Position numbers and translations under genes: made by a program | Shown: piece by piece, positions 15,797 through 20,500 of the stretch | Layout of the letters: each line of letters starts with the position of its first letter | Position numbering within the stretch: position 1 is the stretch's first letter | Notes under the pieces: model-generated | Seen by the model: the letters and a program-made list of their open reading frames with translations, nothing else | Told to the model about the DNA's origin: nothing | The model's database searches: none | Source of the DNA: Acidobacteriota bacterium | GTDB lineage: Bacteria; Acidobacteriota; UBA6911; JACQSX01 | Length of the DNA stretch: 20,500 bases | Direction: 5' to 3' | NCBI GenBank assembly: GCA_036507075.1 | Contig: DASXQR010000172.1 | Coordinates: forward strand, 1 to 20,500

Positions 15797-17025
15797 TTGA
15801 TTGGCACGGTCCTTGAGGTGATGTTGCCGGAAATGTCGCGGGCGACCAGTTCCAGGCTGGTCGCGTTCCCGATGGGATCTGTAAAAGCCTTGAATCTGCC
15901 ATCGCCGAGGATGTCGACGTTCTTGCCGTTCAAAGTCAACCGAACGCCGGGATCGGTGCGTCCCATGACCTCCCACATGTCTCCCATTGCGATCACAGTC
16001 GTGACATCCAGGCGGATCGGTTTTCCATAGCGTCGAATCGTGCTTGAGGAAACGAAAAACTTCGAAGTCTGCGGATTGGCGCTTTCCACGCCGTCCTTGT
16101 CGACGGAGTAAACCTGCCAGAAATAAGATCCCGCCCCCAGCGAGACGCGAAGGTTGGTGCCTTTCAGAACCTGGTTGACGCGCTGCTTGGTAAACGAAGG
16201 GTCACCGGACACCCTTAACCGGTACTGGCTGATTCCCGCCACCGGCTTCCAGCGCAAATCCACTTGAGCCGGGAGCGCGGTCACGAACAGAGGCTCCATG
16301 TCCTGCGGGCTGACGATTTCAGGCGGCGGAGGCAGCGAGCGCACCACAGAGGTACCGCCGGACTTGGAAACCCCCAACTGCTGGTTGGCGCCCAGGACGG
16401 TGACTTTTTTGTCCGAGTCGGCCACTTCTGCGCGGCCTTGCCAGACAAAAAACTGAGAGGCACCAGTTTCCTTGTTGCGGCGTCCAGTCGCTTCCGTGTT
16501 GGGGTCAAGCCGGGCTTCCGCCTCCTGTGTGGCCAGGCTAATAGAGCCCTTTTTTCGCTCCGCCGGAGTGTTCATGCGAACCTCACCGGTGGTGATCTCG
16601 CCTTTGATGTGTTGTGTGTCGTTCTGCGGGTTGATGAAGCTTTCGGCGACTATGTACAGCGTATTGACGCCGATGTGCGCTGTGGTTCCATCAAAGTAGC
16701 TGACCTTGCATGTGGAACCGGCGCTCGTCTCGATCACGTCACCGGCGTTGAGGTCTTTGACGCGGCGAGCCGAAATCCAGTTGGTCTGATTGACCTGTTT
16801 GACCCTGACATCGCCCTCGACTTCGATGAAACGCGCCGGCCTGGATTCGCGCGTGGCCGTGCTCTGTATGACTCTCTCCTGCCGTTCCGTGATGTAAAGG
16901 AATCCATAAAACCCACCTACGGCTATGAGAATCAAGAACAGGAGCAGCCCCCAGAACCTGAGGGTGCGGTAAGGAATGGTGAACCAATCGAATAATTCGT
17001 CGAGTTTACCGGCTCTGTTTCCCAT
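15793..17025 (-). CDS. Single-pass membrane protein with FecR-like domain and C-terminal FN3/Ig-like domains
   Basis: TM (FWGLLLFLILIAVGGFYGFLYI); VEGDVRVK...LNAGDVIETSAGS...DGT FecR-like pattern; PPPPEIVSP...LRWKPV...YRLRV...GSYFWQV FN3-like; GRTDPG..LTLNG Ig-like; ATG 17025 preceded by GAGGGT. Confidence 0.75.
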   Translation of the reverse strand: MGNRAGKLDELFDWFTIPYRTLRFWGLLLFLILIAVGGFYGFLYITERQERVIQSTATRESRPARFIEVEGDVRVKQVNQTNWISARRVKDLNAGDVIETSAGSTCKVSYFDGTTAHIGVNTLYIVAESFINPQNDTQHIKGEITTGEVRMNTPAERKKGSISLATQEAEARLDPNTEATGRRNKETGASQFFVWQGRAEVADSDKKVTVLGANQQLGVSKSGGTSVVRSLPPPPEIVSPQDMEPLFVTALPAQVDLRWKPVAGISQYRLRVSGDPSFTKQRVNQVLKGTNLRVSLGAGSYFWQVYSVDKDGVESANPQTSKFFVSSSTIRRYGKPIRLDVTTVIAMGDMWEVMGRTDPGVRLTLNGKNVDILGDGRFKAFTDPIGNATSLELVARDISGNITSRTVPIK

Positions 17026-17286
17026 GACCAACCCTCGATAGGAGGGAAAGCAAACCTAACACGCGTGCTGAGGCTGCTTCAACTATCCAGATCACATTTT
17101 CGGCCGCAGGTTTGCGAGTTTTTACGACATGGCAAACCGGCGAACTTAGGTTCTCCCAGCCGCCAGGGTTGGGGAAGGCGAGCAGGCTGGGGGACGCTGG
17201 TGGTTTCAGAACAGGCTTTTGTCAATAGTATCAGGTATTTATCAGCGTCCTTCCACGCGCCAGCCTTGCGCTTTTGAGCGGAAGAA

Positions 17287-17340
17287 CACCACAAGGGCAC
17301 AAAAATCGATTCTCTTTGTGCCCTTTGTGCCTTTGTGGTG
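17287..17340. repeat. CACAAAGG / CTTTGTG inverted repeat
   Basis: 17287-17303 vs 17324-17340 complementary at 16/17. Confidence 0.8.
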
Positions 17341-17361
17341 AAAATGCGCTCAAAAATGGAA

Positions 17362-17394
17362 TATAATTATCGTTTTTTATCTCTTTCTAAGGAG
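17362..17394 (+). promoter_or_regulatory. Candidate -10 box and RBS of ppiD
   Basis: TATAAT at 17362-17367 in an AT-rich patch; AAGGAG at 17389-17394, 8 nt before ATG; no clear -35. Confidence 0.5.
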
Positions 17395-17402
17395 TTTTCT
17401 AG

Positions 17403-19319
17403 ATGCTGGACATGATGCGCCGCGCGCGCAAACACCTGAGTATCATTTTGTGGCTGCTGATTGTCATCCTGGCGGCCGGAATGGTGCTGCTCTTTGTCGA
17501 TCGACCCGGTTTAACCAATGGCCCTGTCGGTCACGAAGCCGTGGCTGATGTGGAAGGACATGCCGTTACTGCCCGCGAATTTCGCCAGGCTTATGCCCGG
17601 ACCATGGACATGTACCGCCAGGCTTACAATCTCAACGCCGCCAACGCCGGTCTTCTGAAGGCTCTCGGCCTGGAAAAGCAGGTCCTCAATCAGCTCATTG
17701 CCAGCCAGGTTGTCTTGCTCGAGGCGGGCAAGATGGGAATCACGGCCACCGACGACGAAGTTTTCAATTACATCCGGAAAATTCCAGCCTTTCAGGACAA
17801 CGGCAATTTCATCGGCCCTTCACGGTACGAACAGATTCTGCGCGCCAATAACCTGAACGCCGCGGATTTTGAAGAGGGAATCCGCAAAGATATCATCCGG
17901 GAAAAATTCCAGAGCGTGATTACCGATTCGATTGCCGTCAGTCCGGATGAAGTCAAAAACGAGTACGTTCAGCGCAACCAGGAAGCGGTAATCGAGTTTG
18001 TGTCCTTTGATCCGGCGCAGGTGGAAAAAACATTACAGCCGTCCGATGCGGATCTGAAGGCGTTTTACGAGCAGAACAAGGCGCGCTATAAGGTCGGCGA
18101 GCAGCGCAAGATCGATGTGATGATCTTTGACGCAGGTCAACTGGGAGGTCAGGCAAAGATTTCCAATGAGGAATTGCAGCGGCGTTTCCAGGCCAATCCG
18201 GGAGAGGAAGAAGTGAAAGCCAGCCATATCCTGCTTGAATCGAAAGATCCGGCCAAGGACGCTGAGGTGAAGGCAAAAGCGGAAAAGATCTTAAAAGAGG
18301 CGCGCAGCGGAGCGGATTTCGCAAAACTCGCCAAGCAGTACTCGCAGGATCCGGGGTCGAAAGTCAACGGAGGCGATCTGGGTTACTTCCCGCGAGAACG
18401 AATGGTGCCGGAATTTGCAAGCGTGGCGTTCTCGCTTCCTCCCGGGCAGATAAGCGATCTGGTGAAGACGCAGTTTGGTTACCACATTATCAAAGTGATC
18501 GACAAGCGCATGCCTAATTTCGAAAACCGCCGCACCATCCTTGAAATCGAAGCCCGGCGCGAGCAGGGAGAAAAGCTTGCCGAACAGCAGGCCAACAAGG
18601 CGTATGCCGATCTGACAAATGCAAAGAAGGATTTCAACACGGTGGCCAGGGAATACGGCGCGGTGATTCAGACCACCGACTACTTCACCCAGGATCAGCC
18701 CGTCCCCAAGCTGGGCACGCCGGCGGAATTCTCCACCGAGATTTTCCTGATCAAGAAAAAGGGCGACTTGGGAAAACCTTTCAAGGCCTGGCGCGGATGG
18801 CTGATTCCCCGGTTGCTGGACGTGATGGCGCCCCACCAGCAGGATTTTGTGATGGTCAAGGACAAGGTGCTGGCCGATTACAAGCGCGAAAAGTCTCAGG
18901 ATTTTGCCAGGCAGCGGGCCTTTGACGTCGCCAATCTCGCAAAGGACGGGAATCTCGAGGCGGCTGCCAAGAAATACAGTGCGACTGTGACCGTAAGCAA
19001 GCCGTTCAAGAAGGACGCGGCGGTCGAGCCGGGTCTGGGCGCCAATCCTCAGGTTTCTTCCAAGGCCTTCTCAATGACGCCCGGGCAGGTATCGCAGGCA
19101 GTTCAGGTGGAAAGCAAATACGTCGTGTTCAAGCTGAAGGAGAAAAGCCAGGTCGATATGGCCAAATTTGAGGCTGAGAAAGACGCCCTGCGGCAGTCCC
19201 TGCAGAGTCAAAAGAGAACCAACTTCTTTTCCAGCTACCTCTCTTCGCTGGTGGAAAAGCGACGCGCAGAAAACAAAATCACCGTCAACCAGACGCTAAT
19301 CGATCAGATTACCGGGTGA
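17403..19319 (+). CDS. ppiD: PpiD-like periplasmic chaperone / parvulin peptidyl-prolyl isomerase with SurA N-terminal domain
   Basis: MLDMMR + TM anchor, 638 aa, VKASHILL, DFAKLAKQYSQDPGS..NGGDLG.F, VKTQFGYHIIKV. Confidence 0.88.
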   Translation: MLDMMRRARKHLSIILWLLIVILAAGMVLLFVDRPGLTNGPVGHEAVADVEGHAVTAREFRQAYARTMDMYRQAYNLNAANAGLLKALGLEKQVLNQLIASQVVLLEAGKMGITATDDEVFNYIRKIPAFQDNGNFIGPSRYEQILRANNLNAADFEEGIRKDIIREKFQSVITDSIAVSPDEVKNEYVQRNQEAVIEFVSFDPAQVEKTLQPSDADLKAFYEQNKARYKVGEQRKIDVMIFDAGQLGGQAKISNEELQRRFQANPGEEEVKASHILLESKDPAKDAEVKAKAEKILKEARSGADFAKLAKQYSQDPGSKVNGGDLGYFPRERMVPEFASVAFSLPPGQISDLVKTQFGYHIIKVIDKRMPNFENRRTILEIEARREQGEKLAEQQANKAYADLTNAKKDFNTVAREYGAVIQTTDYFTQDQPVPKLGTPAEFSTEIFLIKKKGDLGKPFKAWRGWLIPRLLDVMAPHQQDFVMVKDKVLADYKREKSQDFARQRAFDVANLAKDGNLEAAAKKYSATVTVSKPFKKDAAVEPGLGANPQVSSKAFSMTPGQVSQAVQVESKYVVFKLKEKSQVDMAKFEAEKDALRQSLQSQKRTNFFSSYLSSLVEKRRAENKITVNQTLIDQITG

Positions 19320-19320
19320 T

Positions 19321-19495
19321 TTGTCAGTTTTGTCAGTTGTCCGTTGTAGTCGGTGGTTCGTTGTCCGTGGTTGCGAAGTTCCGAAGCTTGATGCCTTGGT
19401 GGTTAAAAACAATGGAACCACCAAGGCACCAAGCCACAACTCCACATCTGAGGGGCCGACTTTCTCTTCGCGCTTTCGCGTGTTCGCGGTTTCTT
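19321..19495. repeat. Mosaic repeat cluster: GTCAGTT/GTCCGTT heptamers, 18-bp hairpin, TTCGCG units
   Basis: 19321-19372 heptamers; 19387-19404 vs 19416-19433 complementary at 17/18; ttcgcg three times at ~19467-19488. Confidence 0.8.
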
Positions 19496-19602
19496 TCCCG
19501 TGGAGCTAACGCCAAAATCCGTGATAGTCTTTCTGTTTTCTGGGCAGAAACCAACCATCTCCCACTGGTAATTCTTGCCCGCTTGTAACTTGTCACTTGA
19601 CC

Positions 19603-19679
19603 GGGGCAGTAGCTCAGCTTGGTAGAGTACCTGAATGGCATTCAGGGGGTCGTGGGTTCGAGTCCCATCTGCTCCACCA
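19603..19679 (+). tRNA. tRNA-Ala (anticodon GGC)
   Basis: Acceptor GGGGCAG/CTGCTCC with G3-U70, D arm AGCTCAG..GGTAGAG, anticodon stem CCTGA/TCAGG with loop ATGGCAT, T loop GGTTCGAGTCCC, encoded CCA. Confidence 0.97.
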
Positions 19680-19719
19680 GTTCAATCAATATCAAGAGCA
19701 ATTTACGGGACTCTCACTT

Positions 19720-19760
19720 CGGTCGGATGCCCGCAGCTTAACCGCGGCACGTTAGGCCGA
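19720..19760 (+). mobile_element. Possible 3' half of an integron attC site
   Basis: cgcagcttaaccgcggcacGTTAGGC; GTTRRRY core at 19751-19757 just upstream of the next gene's RBS; no matching 5' half found. Confidence 0.45.
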
Positions 19761-19780
19761 CACCTCGGAAGGAGTTCGTG

Positions 19781-20176
19781 ATGCGGAGTCGAGCTAGTGT
19801 TTTTACTGCTTTTCTCTTGTTCGCTCTCCCGATGCTATCTGCGGCTCAAGCCCCACCGGGACTTCGGAAGGCGATGCGAGCACGGCTTGAAGCCGTTTGG
19901 AAGAAAGACGCGGCGACATGGAGTCGGCTGACGGCTGATGAATTCACGGTAGTAGTTCCAGAAGGCCGGCTGATGACCAAGGCCGAGCGGCTCGCGGCGT
20001 TGAAAACCGAGAAACCGCAGCCTGCTCATGCCGTGCAGCACGAACAGGTACGAGCGTACGGTGAAACCGTTGTCCGCCGCTTTGTGGATGACGGCGAGTG
20101 GGTTCTCGAGATTTGGGTGCGCCAGGATGGCGCGTGGCGCGTCGTCGCAGCTCAGGTCAATTTTGCAAAACAGTGA
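19781..20176 (+). CDS. Small secreted NTF2-like / DUF4440-type protein
   Basis: Signal peptide; D...WSRLTADEFTVV.PEG....K, VRAYGETVV, IWVRQDGAWRVVAAQ; AAGGAG 6 nt before ATG 19781. Confidence 0.75.
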   Translation: MRSRASVFTAFLLFALPMLSAAQAPPGLRKAMRARLEAVWKKDAATWSRLTADEFTVVVPEGRLMTKAERLAALKTEKPQPAHAVQHEQVRAYGETVVRRFVDDGEWVLEIWVRQDGAWRVVAAQVNFAKQ

Positions 20177-20299
20177 CGAGCGGCCGAACGGCGCCAAGCC
20201 GCGAGGGCGAGCCGTTCGATCGGTTGCCACCGCACTTGCAGGCGGTCCGCCTGTGGCTCGACGCGCGCCTCTGGGAAAAGCGGACACAAGAGTGGCCTC

Positions 20300-20335
20300 T
20301 TGCGCGTTGGCAGGTTGGTCATGTAAAATGACCAA
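20300..20335 (+). promoter_or_regulatory. Sigma70-type promoter with palindromic operator upstream of antitoxin
   Basis: TTGCGC 20300-20305, 18 nt, TAAAAT 20324-20329; perfect inverted repeat TTGGTCAT-N5-ATGACCAA 20315-20335 overlapping the -10. Confidence 0.65.
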
Positions 20336-20354
20336 GTAAATCCTGGAGACGGTC

Positions 20355-20500
20355 ATGAGGCAGTTTAATATCCACGAAGCCAAGGCCCGCCTGTCTGAGC
20401 TGATTCAGAAGGCGATGCTGGGAGAAGAAGTCATTATTGCCAGGGACAACAAGCCGGTAGCCAAAATCGTTGCACTGCGTCCATTGAAGATCCGTCGAAA
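20355..20500 (+). CDS. Phd/YefM family type II antitoxin, truncated by the window edge; not in ORF track
   Basis: MRQFNIHEAKARLSELIQKAMLGEEVIIARDNKPVAKIV; GGAG at 20345-20348. Confidence 0.92.
   Translation, partial: MRQFNIHEAKARLSELIQKAMLGEEVIIARDNKPVAKIVALRPLKIRR

Noticed and set aside
10260..16995. Long plus-strand ORFs (10260..11063, 13063..13986, 14220..14831, 16264..16995)
   Set aside because: Antisense to well-supported conserved genes, typical of GC-rich DNA
1..20500. Autonomous IS, integrase, reverse transcriptase, four-helix-bundle or GxxExxY gene driving the repeats
   Set aside because: No ORF in the window shows such motifs; any driver must be encoded elsewhere

Overview
Bacterial chromosomal window, GC-rich; gene content and order suggest Acidobacteriota or a relative (inference only). 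Core content: a minus-strand surface-glycan cluster (sulfatase-like gene running off the left edge and missing from the ORF track, VanZ-like, two GT2 glycosyltransferases, exported hypothetical), a divergent pair of M28/PA/PDZ peptidase and TolB-like propeller, a minus-strand FecR-domain / GGDEF / mreB-mreC-mreD-mrdA-rodA operon, ppiD, tRNA-Ala(GGC), then a probable accessory segment with an integron-cassette-like NTF2/DUF4440 gene and a Phd/YefM antitoxin. The most striking signal is non-coding: all ten intergenic gaps longer than about 50 nt between positions 1138 and 19602 contain degenerate 6-9 nt tandem arrays, mostly arranged as inverted, often nested, pairs. Two copies of one composite element (8132-8393, 12196-12545) share both ends but differ inside, the vanZ-like gene is bracketed by a 35-bp inverted repeat, and one array appears to be read in frame inside the sulfatase. 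No transposase or integrase is present in the window.
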